64,000 nt of DNA from Desulfobacterales bacterium (GCA_963668645.2 CAXXWC010000019.1:128001-192000); one strand, 5' to 3'. Shown: positions 20,819 through 30,480, counted from the stretch's first letter. Numbers and translations: made by a program. The notes: generated by a model not told the origin, from the letters alone.

Positions 20819-21971
20819 TCAGAACTTCGACGCCATTGTCATCGGTGCGGGCAGCATCGGCGTGCCCACGGCACTGGCCCTGAGCAGACGCCGGCTGCGT
20901 ACCCTGGTACTGGAAATGCGCCCCAGCCCGGGCCAGGGCGATAACAAACACGCCATCGGCGGCATCCGGGCCACCCATTCGGCCCCGGCCAAGATGCTCG
21001 CCTGCAAGCGTTCGCTGGATATCTTCACCACATGGAAGGACCGCTGGGGCGACGATATCGAATGGCAAAGGGGCGGCTACATCTTCCCGGTTTACCGCCA
21101 TGAAGAGGAAGCGGTCCTCAAGAGCCAGTTGGTGGTCCAGAAACAATTCGGCCTGAACATCGACTGGGTCGGGCCCGAGGCCATGGCCGAGGCGGTGCCC
21201 GGCCTCAACCGCGAGGGGCTGCGCGGCGGCACCATCGCACCCGAGGACGGTTCGGCCTCGCCGCTTTTGTCGGTCAACGCCTTCTACCGGCTCGCCTGCA
21301 GGCTCGGGGCGACCTTCCGTTTCAAGGAACCGGTGCGGGATCTGGTGCGCACAAAAGGCCGGGTCGCCGGAGTCAAGACCGATACCGGAACCTACCACGC
21401 ACCGGTGGTCATCGACGCCGCCGGAGGGCTTTCAGGGGAATTGACCCGTTCCATGGGCTGCGCCATGCCTGTGATTCCCGAATCCCACGAAGCCGGCATC
21501 ACCGAGCCGGTGGCCATGTTCTGCCCGGCCATGGTGGTGGACCTGCGGCCGGCGCCCGGATCCAAAAACTATTATTTCTACCAGAACCGCCACGGGCAGA
21601 TCGTTTTTTGCATCACGCCGGATCCGCCCATCACCGGCACCGATACCCGCTCGACCTCCGTCTTTCTGCCCCAGTGTTGCAGCCGCATGATCGACCTGAT
21701 GCCACGGCTGAAGAACATCCGTGTACGCCGGGTCTGGCGCGGGCTCTATCCGATGACCAGCGACGGCTCACCCCTGGTGGGCTGGAACCGGGACGATCCG
21801 GGCCTGTTGCATGCCACCGGCATGTGCGGCCAGGGGTTCATGCTCGGCCCCGGGATCGGCGAAGTGGTGGCCCGGGCCGTGGCCGACGACCTGAACGATG
21901 ATGACCGCATGATTCTCGACGCCTTCAGCCCCTACAGGGATCTAACCTGTGGGGAGGAAGCCCTGCAGTAA
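20811..21971 (+). CDS. FAD-dependent amine/amino-acid oxidoreductase (DAO family, sarcosine oxidase beta-like)
   Basis: IVIGAGSIG, WRGLYPMTSDGSPLVG and GMCGQGFMLGPG motifs; overlaps the upstream gene. Confidence 0.88.
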   Translation: MTDQNFDAIVIGAGSIGVPTALALSRRRLRTLVLEMRPSPGQGDNKHAIGGIRATHSAPAKMLACKRSLDIFTTWKDRWGDDIEWQRGGYIFPVYRHEEEAVLKSQLVVQKQFGLNIDWVGPEAMAEAVPGLNREGLRGGTIAPEDGSASPLLSVNAFYRLACRLGATFRFKEPVRDLVRTKGRVAGVKTDTGTYHAPVVIDAAGGLSGELTRSMGCAMPVIPESHEAGITEPVAMFCPAMVVDLRPAPGSKNYYFYQNRHGQIVFCITPDPPITGTDTRSTSVFLPQCCSRMIDLMPRLKNIRVRRVWRGLYPMTSDGSPLVGWNRDDPGLLHATGMCGQGFMLGPGIGEVVARAVADDLNDDDRMILDAFSPYRDLTCGEEALQ

Positions 21972-21978
21972 TCCCCAC

Positions 21979-22005
21979 CCCGGCCGGCACACCTCGCCGG
22001 CCGGG
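21979..22005 (+). terminator. GC-rich hairpin after the dehydrogenase operon
   Basis: CCCGGCCGGC-7 nt-GCCGGCCGGG perfect stem, but no U tract. Confidence 0.4.
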
Positions 22006-22011
22006 ATATCT

Positions 22012-22109
22012 CCCCCCCCCCCCCCCCCCCCCGCCGCCTTCCGCAGATCAATCGGGGATAGCGCGGCGGGATGTTATCCCGGGCCGTGACCGTATCCCCC
22101 CCCCCCCCC
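22012..22109. repeat. Two homopolymer tracts, C21 (22012-22032) and C14 (22096-22109)
   Basis: Counted directly in the sequence. Confidence 0.9.
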
Positions 22110-22243
22110 GGGACAAAACGGTGCGCAATTGCCAAGGCAAAAAAATTCTGATATTTATGCGATTGTTTAAAATAATCTTTTCATTCCCCACCCTTTGATT
22201 TCCAAATGCGCCCATGACAAAGGCTGAAGGAGCAAACCAGGCG

Positions 22244-22687
22244 ATGCGATATCTGCTGATTATCGGCATGGCGGTTGTGCTCACCGTCGGCAGCGCCATG
22301 GCCGAATCCCAGACTGCCGGATACGTAAAGACCCTCAACGGCAAAGGCCATGTCGTGCACGCCAGGGCCGTCGTGCCGGCCCAAGTCGGACAAATCCTCT
22401 ATGCGGGCGATACGGTCTGCACCGGCCAGGATTGCTGCCTCGGCATCCTCTTCGAGGATGACACCCTGGTGTCGCTGGGGCCGAACAGCCTCCTGGAACT
22501 GAAAGATTATGCTTTCCAACCCGAAAGCGGCCTCCTGACCATGGCGGTGCGCCTGATGAAGGGCTCCTTCGCCTATGTTTCAGGGATCATCGGACGATTC
22601 GCGCCCCAGAATGTCCGGGTCGAAACCCCCGATGCCGTCATTTCCACTTATGGCACCCGCTTTTTGGTAAAGGTTGAGGGGAAATGA
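22244..22687 (+). CDS. Exported FecR-domain protein
   Basis: Signal peptide; GDTVCTG, FEDDTLVSLGPNS and VETPDAVISTYGTRF match a FecR beta domain. Confidence 0.8.
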   Translation: MRYLLIIGMAVVLTVGSAMAESQTAGYVKTLNGKGHVVHARAVVPAQVGQILYAGDTVCTGQDCCLGILFEDDTLVSLGPNSLLELKDYAFQPESGLLTMAVRLMKGSFAYVSGIIGRFAPQNVRVETPDAVISTYGTRFLVKVEGK

Positions 22688-23286
22688 TCACCTGGCTGCG
22701 AGTACTTCTCACCGTGGTGCTTCTCGGTATTTTCGGATGCGCGGCCCAGGGCACATCAGTGGTGCTGCTGGCGGACCCGGACGGCAACGCCGGACGCATT
22801 ACGGTACAAACCCAGGCCGGCGCCCGAGTCCTCGATGTGCCCCGGCAAAGCACCCATGTTTCGAATCCGTCGGCAAAACCAAGCCCGCCGCAAATTTTGG
22901 ATCAGACTCAAATCGACCAAACCTATGCCCGGACCCTCTCGGCCCTGCCCCAGGCGCCTGAACTGTTCCGGCTCTACTTTGAAATCGGCACCGATGCGCT
23001 CACCGCCGAATCCCGAGTAGAACCCCAACGCATCGTGGCCGCCATCAAACGCCGCAAAGCCGTTGATGTACGCATCAGTGGCCACACGGACAGCCTGGGA
23101 CAAAAAGAGGACAACATGAACTTGTCGCTCAAACGCGCGCAAACCATCGCTGACCTGCTGATCGGCCAGGGCATCGATGCCGCCAGCATCCGGATTTTCA
23201 GCCATGGCGACGGCCTCCCGCTTATCCCCACCCCCGACCAGACGCCCGAACCCCGCAACCGCCGTGTGGAGGTGGTGGTGCGCTGA
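22684..23286 (+). CDS. OmpA-family lipoprotein
   Basis: Lipobox-like IFGC; ISGHTDS, LSLKRA and NRRVEV motifs. Confidence 0.9.
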   Translation: MITWLRVLLTVVLLGIFGCAAQGTSVVLLADPDGNAGRITVQTQAGARVLDVPRQSTHVSNPSAKPSPPQILDQTQIDQTYARTLSALPQAPELFRLYFEIGTDALTAESRVEPQRIVAAIKRRKAVDVRISGHTDSLGQKEDNMNLSLKRAQTIADLLIGQGIDAASIRIFSHGDGLPLIPTPDQTPEPRNRRVEVVVR

Positions 23287-25298
23287 TGGCTTTTGAATGC
23301 AGACTGCCGAGCCACCAAAACCACCCTGGCCGAAAGCGGCGCGACACGCTGCGGCTGATGCTGGCCGGTTTGCTTCTCACCCTATCGGTCTTGGCGGTCC
23401 AGGTGCTCCGGCCGGACCTCTTTGCCCACATCGATAATAAAACCTTTGACGTATTGATCTCGCGCACCGAACGCCACCGGCCTTCATCGGTCCCGGTAAT
23501 CATCGGAATCGACGACAGGGCACTGGCCCGGTACGGCCAGTGGCCCTGGCCCCGGCACCACCTGGCACGCCTGATTTCGCGCCTCAATGATGCCGGGGTC
23601 GATCTTGTGATCCTCGACCTGATCCTCTTCGGCAAGGATCGCACTTCGCCCCTGACCATGCAGGAAGAACTGCACCAGGATTTCGGCCTTCATCTGTCCA
23701 TCGAAAACCTGCCGGCAGACAAACGCGACAACGACCGGATTCTGGCCCGGACCCTTGCCGCATACCCCGTGGTGCTCGGCTACAAGCTCGATTTCACGGC
23801 CTCCCCGGACACCGGGGCCGCCTGCACCAGTCGCATCGATCCGGTCCTGCCCGCCGCACCGATGGCGGCCCAGGCGGGATTTACGCTGCACCAGGCCACA
23901 TCGATGGTCTGCAGCCTGCCGGAACTGAACAACAACGCCCAGGGCCTGGGATTTATCAACGCCCTGGCAGACAGCGACGGGGTCCTGCGCCGGGTTCCGC
24001 TCATCGCCGACTACCAGAACGGGATCTACCCAGGCCTGATTCTGGCCGCGCTGATAGCCCGGGCGGACGGCGCCGGTCTGGGCCTGGGCCGGGACATGGA
24101 CGGCGGCTTTATCTATCTGAACCAGCAGCGGATTCACCTTGATCCGCATGGACATCTCCTCTTGCGCTACCGCGGTCCACGAAAGACGTTTCCGACCTTT
24201 TCGGCAGCCGCCATCCTCGCCGATCCACTGCCCGATTTGAGCAGGTCTGTCGCCATCGTCGGCCCCACGGCCCCGGGCCTCGGAGACCTCCACGTCAGCC
24301 CGCTGGACCGTGCCTTCCCGGGAGTCGAGGTGCATGCCACCATTCTGGACAATATTCTACAGGACGATTTTCTGATCCGGCCGGCCTGGGCAAAGGGAGC
24401 CGAATCGCTGGGCGTACTGGTGGCCGGCTTGCTCTCGACGCTGATGATCGTTGTGGCCGGCCCGGTCCTTTACATGCTTGCCATCACGACAGCAGCGCTG
24501 GGCGCCTGGTCGCTGAGCGCCTGGATGCTGGCCGGGCCGGGATGCTGGATTTCACCGCTGGGGGGGCAGACGGTGCTGATTCTAAACACGACGGTGCTCA
24601 GCCTGATGGAATACGGGCTTAAGGCACGGGAACTGCACCTGAGCACCCAGGAGCTGGTCAAATCCCAGGATGCCACCATCCTCGGCCTCACGGCTCTGGC
24701 CGAAACCCGGGATACCGAAACCGGGGGACACATCAACCGAACCCGGAAGTATGTGCGCATCCTGGCCCGGAGCCTGGCCCTTAAGCCGGCATACCGGCGC
24801 CAACTCGATCCGGATGCCATCGAGATGCTATACAAGACCGCCCCTTTACACGACATCGGCAAGGTGGGCATCGCAGACCAGATCCTTCTCAAGCCCGGCT
24901 CCCTGACAGCACACGAATACCGGGAAATGCAGCGTCACACACTGCTCGGGGCCGAGGCTTTGGCAAAGGCCGAACACCAAGCGTTCGGCCATAAAGGGGA
25001 CCGCTCCTTTTTGTCCCTGGCCCGTGAAATCGCTCTTAGCCATCATGAAAAATGGGACGGCAGCGGCTATCCTCAGGGCCTGCGCGGCACGCAAATCCCC
25101 TTGGGTGGCCGGCTCATGGCCCTGGCGGATGTCTATGATGCGCTGATCAGCCGCCGGGTCTACAAAGCCCCCATGGCCCACGAGCAGGCCGTGGAAATTA
25201 TCCGCCAGGGCCGCGGGACCCACTTCGACCCGGACCTGGTGGATGCCTTCATCGAAAATCAGGATCAATTCAGGGCCGTCAGCACCCGCTACACCTGA
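23286..25298 (+). CDS. CHASE2-domain membrane HD-GYP phosphodiesterase
   Basis: CHASE2 motifs GQWPWPR, DSDGVLRRVP and PGVEVHA; TM helices; HDIGKVG and HHEKWDGSGYP. Confidence 0.9.
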   Translation: MAFECRLPSHQNHPGRKRRDTLRLMLAGLLLTLSVLAVQVLRPDLFAHIDNKTFDVLISRTERHRPSSVPVIIGIDDRALARYGQWPWPRHHLARLISRLNDAGVDLVILDLILFGKDRTSPLTMQEELHQDFGLHLSIENLPADKRDNDRILARTLAAYPVVLGYKLDFTASPDTGAACTSRIDPVLPAAPMAAQAGFTLHQATSMVCSLPELNNNAQGLGFINALADSDGVLRRVPLIADYQNGIYPGLILAALIARADGAGLGLGRDMDGGFIYLNQQRIHLDPHGHLLLRYRGPRKTFPTFSAAAILADPLPDLSRSVAIVGPTAPGLGDLHVSPLDRAFPGVEVHATILDNILQDDFLIRPAWAKGAESLGVLVAGLLSTLMIVVAGPVLYMLAITTAALGAWSLSAWMLAGPGCWISPLGGQTVLILNTTVLSLMEYGLKARELHLSTQELVKSQDATILGLTALAETRDTETGGHINRTRKYVRILARSLALKPAYRRQLDPDAIEMLYKTAPLHDIGKVGIADQILLKPGSLTAHEYREMQRHTLLGAEALAKAEHQAFGHKGDRSFLSLAREIALSHHEKWDGSGYPQGLRGTQIPLGGRLMALADVYDALISRRVYKAPMAHEQAVEIIRQGRGTHFDPDLVDAFIENQDQFRAVSTRYT

Positions 25299-25386
25299 AT
25301 CGGGCCGCGGCCTGGCGCAACGACCAAGACGCCGCGGCCCACCGGCCCGCTACCCTTCCGGCGCCGGGCCAGGCGCACCTTTTCCC

Positions 25387-25415
25387 TTGACCCCTGCATG
25401 GTCTTGATCTAAATT
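25387..25415 (+). promoter_or_regulatory. Putative sigma70 promoter of proC
   Basis: TTGACC-17 bp-TAAATT. Confidence 0.55.
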
Positions 25416-25473
25416 TTTCAATCTTTGTTCCATAATCCATACAGGCAGTTATCCGGACAGGGGGTGGATCGGC

Positions 25474-26325
25474 ATGCTCACGGACAAAACCATCGCGTTC
25501 ATCGGCACGGGCAACATGGGCGAAGCTTTGGTCAGCGGACTGGTAAAAAACGGCTCGGCCCGGCCCGAGCGGATTATCTGCACCGACATCCGCGAAGACA
25601 AGCTTTCAGGCCTGGCTGGAAAATACGGTGTATGCATCATGACCGACAACCTGGAGGCGGTAAAGGCGGCCGACATCGTGGTGTACGCCGTCAAACCGCA
25701 GATTTTGGCCAAGGTGCTGCGCCAGACCGTTGAAGTTCTGGACATGTCCAAGCTGGTGATTTCCATTGCCGCCGGCGTGCCTCTGGCGGCCATCGAATCC
25801 TGCCTGGAAAAGAAGCTGCGCCTGATCCGGGTGATGCCCAACATTTGCGCCTTCGTGGGTGAAGGCGCCACGGCCGTGGCCGGCGGGGACAACGCCACGG
25901 CCGACGACATCAAGACGGCCATGGCGATCTTTGACGCGGTGGGCAAGACCGTCTTTCTCGGCGAAAACTACCTCATGGACGCCATCACCGGATTGTCGGG
26001 CAGCGGGCCGGCCTACATCTTCATGATCATCGACGCCATGGCCGACGCCGGCGTCAAGATGGGACTCTCACGCCAGGACGCCCTTTTTCTTTCGGCCCAG
26101 ACCGTCCTGGGAGCCGCCAAGCTGTTGATCACCTCCGGGGAACACCCCGGCCAGCTCAAGGACCGGGTCACATCTCCGGGGGGCACGGCCATTGCCGGCA
26201 TTCACACCCTGGAAAAAGGCGGCCTGCGCACCACCCTGATCAACGCCGTGGAAGCGGCCACCAACCGGTCGAAGGAGCTCGGGGAGATCTGTATCCAGAA
26301 TTTCGCCAACGGCGGACCGCGCTGA
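25474..26325 (+). CDS. proC: Pyrroline-5-carboxylate reductase
   Basis: FIGTGNMG, AVKPQ, RVMPN, GLSGSGPAY and VTSPGGT motifs. Confidence 0.97.
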   Translation: MLTDKTIAFIGTGNMGEALVSGLVKNGSARPERIICTDIREDKLSGLAGKYGVCIMTDNLEAVKAADIVVYAVKPQILAKVLRQTVEVLDMSKLVISIAAGVPLAAIESCLEKKLRLIRVMPNICAFVGEGATAVAGGDNATADDIKTAMAIFDAVGKTVFLGENYLMDAITGLSGSGPAYIFMIIDAMADAGVKMGLSRQDALFLSAQTVLGAAKLLITSGEHPGQLKDRVTSPGGTAIAGIHTLEKGGLRTTLINAVEAATNRSKELGEICIQNFANGGPR

Positions 26326-26329
26326 TCTT

Positions 26330-27046
26330 ATGCTGACCGAGACCGTTTCCTATGGCGCCGCCTTTGTTGCCGGGGTCCTGAGTTTCTTTTCGCCGTGCAT
26401 CCTGCCCCTGGTACCCGCTTATTTTACCTTCATCACCGGCTATAGCCTGGAGGACCTGACCGACGCGGGGCGCACGGACATCCGCCGCGCCACCATGCGC
26501 GCCACGGCCTCCTATGTGCTCGGGTTTTCCCTGGTTTTCGTACTGATGGGCGCCTCGGCCTCGCTCCTGGGCCGCCTGGCCTTCGACTATCGGGATCCGA
26601 TCCGCATCATCGGCGGGGTCATCATCATCCTCTTCGGGGTTCATCTGACAGGAATCTGGCGGATCCGGTGGCTGGATGTGGAGCGGCGGATCCAGCTGGA
26701 CCGCAAGCCGATGCACTGGATGGGTACATTTCTGGTGGGCATGGCCTTCGGCGCCGGGTGGAGTCCTTGCATCGGCCCCCTGCTCGGTTCGATCCTCATC
26801 GTCGCCGGCAGCCGCGAAACCGTCTGGCAGGGGGTCGCGCTGCTGGGCATCTACGCAGCCGGATTGGCCATTCCCTTTTTGATCATCTCGGCATTCATCC
26901 ACCTGCTGATCAACTTCGTACGCCGGGCCACGCGCCTGATCCGCTATCTGAACCTGGCGGCCGGCTGCCTTTTGATCCTCATGGGACTCATCCTGCTTGC
27001 CAACCGGCTGGATTGGATCACCAGCCTCATGGGGGGAGGCGTGTGA
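26330..27046 (+). CDS. ccdA: Cytochrome c biogenesis protein CcdA
   Basis: SFFSPCILPLVP and GWSPCIGP cysteine motifs; multiple TM segments. Confidence 0.92.
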   Translation: MLTETVSYGAAFVAGVLSFFSPCILPLVPAYFTFITGYSLEDLTDAGRTDIRRATMRATASYVLGFSLVFVLMGASASLLGRLAFDYRDPIRIIGGVIIILFGVHLTGIWRIRWLDVERRIQLDRKPMHWMGTFLVGMAFGAGWSPCIGPLLGSILIVAGSRETVWQGVALLGIYAAGLAIPFLIISAFIHLLINFVRRATRLIRYLNLAAGCLLILMGLILLANRLDWITSLMGGGV

Positions 27047-27675
27047 ATTTTCCCCTCGATCCAGATTTTCTGGCGCCTCTTGCTTCACCCGCCGGCAAGA
27101 CGTCCCCCCGCACACCGGGGTACCGGCCGGCCAGCGTCAGCCTGCTGCTTTTCCAATCCGGGCAGCCCCACCTGTTGGCCATCCAGAAGACCGACACCGA
27201 AGGCTATCCGTGGCGCAACCAGATCGCCCTGCCCGGAGGCCACCGGGACCGCAGCGATGCCTCGGCCCTGGACACGGCCTTGCGCGAATTGGAAGAAGAG
27301 CTGGGTATCCTCGCCTGCCAGGTGAAGATGATCGGATCCCTGGGCCGCTTTCAAACCATTGCCCAGCGGGAAGTGGAGGCCTTCGTGGGCCTTTGGGACG
27401 GCACCGGCCCGGTGCGCTACGATGCCACCGAAATCGCCCGGGTGCTGGAGATTCCCGTCGCCGACCTGGTCCGGACCCACTGCGAACGCCGCTACACGGG
27501 CCGCCTGCCCGATGTGCGCGAACTGCTCTATCCTTACCGGGATGTGGTCATCTGGGGCCTGACGGCCAAGATCTTGCACAGCTTCCTCGAAAGGCTGCTG
27601 CCGGTCGTCCATGCCGGCAAAGAGGGCTGTGCGAAGGGGGGGGCGGAAGGGGCATCGTTCGCACCGGAGTCCTGA
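27043..27675 (+). CDS. Nudix hydrolase, CoA pyrophosphatase-like
   Basis: QIALPGG, ALRELEEELG Nudix box and IWGLTAKIL; GTG start overlapping the ccdA stop. Confidence 0.85.
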   Translation: MNFPLDPDFLAPLASPAGKTSPRTPGYRPASVSLLLFQSGQPHLLAIQKTDTEGYPWRNQIALPGGHRDRSDASALDTALRELEEELGILACQVKMIGSLGRFQTIAQREVEAFVGLWDGTGPVRYDATEIARVLEIPVADLVRTHCERRYTGRLPDVRELLYPYRDVVIWGLTAKILHSFLERLLPVVHAGKEGCAKGGAEGASFAPES

Positions 27676-27684
27676 AAACGACGG

Positions 27685-27936
27685 TCAACGCTGTCCCCGG
27701 CGGCGTTTTAAGAGGCGCAGGCCGATGGTGCAGAAGGTCAGGGCGCTGGCCGCCGTCAGCCCGGCCGGCACCCACACGTGGCCGTTGAACATCGGTTCGG
27801 CCAGGGCCACCAGGATCCCCACCGTCCCGAAACCCAGGACGATGAAAAGCAAGACCATGGTGGCGATGCAGATGCCGTCGGCATCGTACCAGGGAACGAT
27901 CACTCTGCGACTGCTGGCGCTGGGTTCAAGGCGCAT
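27685..27936 (-). CDS. Small two-TM membrane protein
   Basis: Two hydrophobic segments and a basic C-terminus; fills the gap between genes. Confidence 0.55.
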   Translation of the reverse strand: MRLEPSASSRRVIVPWYDADGICIATMVLLFIVLGFGTVGILVALAEPMFNGHVWVPAGLTAASALTFCTIGLRLLKRRRGQR

Positions 27937-28139
27937 GGGATAAAAAAGGCCTCCAAATATCCTGCCATCTGCCGGAACCTACCCCGTCCGGTGCCGCTTT
28001 GCAAGCCGAGAATCCGCCGCCCGCCCGTCCCTGGACCACCGGCGATCTGGAAGAGAGTGCAAAAAATGGCAGGGTTGGGCCAAGGATTCCGGCAAGATGG
28101 CGGCAGAGAAATTCGGACCAAGCAGCTAACCCACTATTA

Positions 28140-28186
28140 ACACTACATATAGATACCTATTCTTGACAAACCTCAACATGTTGTGC
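28140..28186 (+). promoter_or_regulatory. Tandem NrdR boxes flanking a -35 element
   Basis: ACACTACATATAGATA (28140-28155) and CCTCAACATGTTGTGC (28171-28186) match acaCwAtATaTwGtgt, 31 bp apart; TTGACA at 28163. Confidence 0.85.
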
Positions 28187-28381
28187 TAATCATCCCAGGT
28201 ATTGATAGCGCCCCGATGCGGCCAAAACTCCCCGAGATTGCTGATGAAGTCCGTTTTCGGGAGATCGCCGCAACCTTGGCTCCATCTTACCCTCATCCGT
28301 CCGCGCCGCACGTTTCTCCGAGAAAACCGCGGTCAAATCTGCATACCGCCGGACGGTATTTCATTTTTAAAGGAGAAGGCA

Positions 28382-30472
28382 GTGTTCGAACAGATCAAGA
28401 AGCGCGACGGCCGCGTGGTTGAATTCGACTCATCCAAAATCACCGCCGCCATCGCCAAGGCCGGCAAGGCCACCGGTGAATTCACCGAACGCGAAGCGCG
28501 CAAGATGACCTTGAGGGTCTTGACCCTCAGCCACGAAATGCGCCTCGGGCCCCAGCCCGAGGTGGAAGAGGTCCAGGATATCGTGGAGCGGGTACTCCTC
28601 GATTCGCCCTACTACAAAACCGCCAAGGCCTACATCATCTACCGCGAGCAGCACGCCCAAATCCGCAGCATCACCACCCGTGCCAATGTACGCCTCGTGG
28701 AGCACTACATCGACAAGCTGGACTGGAAGATAAAAGAAAACAGCAACATGTGCTACAGCCTGCAGGGGCTCAACAACTACATCTCCTCGGATGTGACCTC
28801 CGAGTACTGGCTCAACTGCATCTATCCGCCGGAAATCCGCCGCGCCCACCGCGACGGCGACATGCACCTGCACGATTTGAGCCTGTTGAGCGTCTACTGT
28901 GTCGGCTGGGACCTGCAGGACCTGCTGCGGCAGGGCTTCACCGGCGTGGAGGGCAAGGTGGCCAGCGCCCCGCCCAAGCACCTGCGCTCGGCCCTGGGCC
29001 AGGTGGTCAACTTCTTTTACACCCTGCAGGGTGAAGCGGCCGGAGCCCAGGCCTTTTCCAGTTTCGACACCCTCCTGGCCCCCTTCATCGCCTATGACGG
29101 CCTCGATTACATTGAAGTGCGCCAGGCCATCCAGGAATTTATCTTCAACATCAACATCCCCACCCGCGTCGGGTTTCAGACCCCCTTTACCAACATCACC
29201 ATGGATCTGCAGCCGCCGGCCTCCCTCAGGGACCAGCCGGTGATGATCGGCGGCCGCTGCCAGGAGAAGGTCTACGGCGATTTCCAAAAGGAGATGGACC
29301 TGTTCAACCGGGCCTTTGCCGAAGTGATGATGGCCGGCGATGCCAACGGCCGGGTCTTTACCTTCCCCATTCCGACCTACAACATCACCGCCGATTTCGA
29401 TTGGGACAACCCCACCCTGGACCCGGTATGGCAGATGACCGCCAAGTACGGGATCCCCTATTTTTCAAATTTCATCAACTCGGACATGTCGCCGGACGAC
29501 GCCCGCTCCATGTGCTGCCGCCTGCGCCTGGACAACCGCGAGTTGAGAAGACGCGGCGGCGGCCTTTTCGGCGCCAACCCGCTGACCGGGTCCATCGGAG
29601 TGGTGACCCTCAACCTGCCCCGCATCGGCTATCTGGCAACCACCGAAGAAGAATTTTTCTCCCGTCTTGAACGCCTGGCCACCATGGCGGCCGAAAGCCT
29701 TGCCATCAAGCGCAAGGTGCTCGAGTCGTTCACCGAAAAGAACCTCTATCCTTACAGCCGGTTTTACCTGCACCAGATCAAGGCCCGTACCGGGGCCTAC
29801 TGGAAAAACCATTTTTCCACCATCGGCATCATCGGCATGAACGAGGCCTGCCTCAACTTTCTGGGCCGGGACCTGACCACCGAAGACGGCCAACAGTTCG
29901 CCCTGCGGGTAATGGCGGCCCTCAGAAATCAGATCACCGAACTCCAGGATCGCACCGGAGAGATTTTCAACCTGGAGGCCACCCCGGGCGAAGGGACTTC
30001 GTACCGGCTCTGCATGCTGGACAAACGGCACTACCCCCAGATCCTCTGCGCCAACGAAGCCCAGCTGAGCCAGGGCGCCAGTCCTTACTATACCAACTCG
30101 AGCCAGTTGCCGGTCCAATATACGGAAGATCTGTTCGAAACCTTACGCTTGCAGGACGAACTGCAGGCGCAATACACCGGCGGCACGGTGCTGCATATCT
30201 TCCTGGGCGAGCAGGTGCGGGATATCCAAGCCCTCAAGGGCCTGGTGCGCAAGGTGGCCACCAACTACCGCCTGCCCTATTTCACCCTGACCCCCACTTT
30301 CAGCGTCTGCCCACAGCACGGATACATCGCCGGCCAGCATACCTGCTGCGAACGCTGTACATGCCAAACCGAGGTCAGCTCGGGAGTGGTTCCCTACCTG
30401 CACCCTCTGGCCAGACAGCAAGGGCAGCAAGCGACCGACGGCCTCCGGGACAAGACACCCAGCGTTGCGTGA
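28382..30472 (+). CDS. nrdD: Class III anaerobic ribonucleoside-triphosphate reductase with N-terminal ATP cone and a degenerate glycyl-radical motif
   Basis: GTG start with RBS AAGGAG; IKKRDG ATP cone; HLHDL, SVYC, FPIPT, RSMCCRL, LEATPGE, YTGGT and CPQH...CERC motifs. The C-terminus reads EVSSGVVPYLHPL. Confidence 0.92.
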   Translation: MFEQIKKRDGRVVEFDSSKITAAIAKAGKATGEFTEREARKMTLRVLTLSHEMRLGPQPEVEEVQDIVERVLLDSPYYKTAKAYIIYREQHAQIRSITTRANVRLVEHYIDKLDWKIKENSNMCYSLQGLNNYISSDVTSEYWLNCIYPPEIRRAHRDGDMHLHDLSLLSVYCVGWDLQDLLRQGFTGVEGKVASAPPKHLRSALGQVVNFFYTLQGEAAGAQAFSSFDTLLAPFIAYDGLDYIEVRQAIQEFIFNINIPTRVGFQTPFTNITMDLQPPASLRDQPVMIGGRCQEKVYGDFQKEMDLFNRAFAEVMMAGDANGRVFTFPIPTYNITADFDWDNPTLDPVWQMTAKYGIPYFSNFINSDMSPDDARSMCCRLRLDNRELRRRGGGLFGANPLTGSIGVVTLNLPRIGYLATTEEEFFSRLERLATMAAESLAIKRKVLESFTEKNLYPYSRFYLHQIKARTGAYWKNHFSTIGIIGMNEACLNFLGRDLTTEDGQQFALRVMAALRNQITELQDRTGEIFNLEATPGEGTSYRLCMLDKRHYPQILCANEAQLSQGASPYYTNSSQLPVQYTEDLFETLRLQDELQAQYTGGTVLHIFLGEQVRDIQALKGLVRKVATNYRLPYFTLTPTFSVCPQHGYIAGQHTCCERCTCQTEVSSGVVPYLHPLARQQGQQATDGLRDKTPSVA

Positions 30473-30480
30473 ACCTTCAC

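Noticed and set aside
28228..28265. CTGATGA suggesting a hammerhead ribozyme
   Set aside because: No stem II followed by GAAA, and no matching cleavage-site helix.
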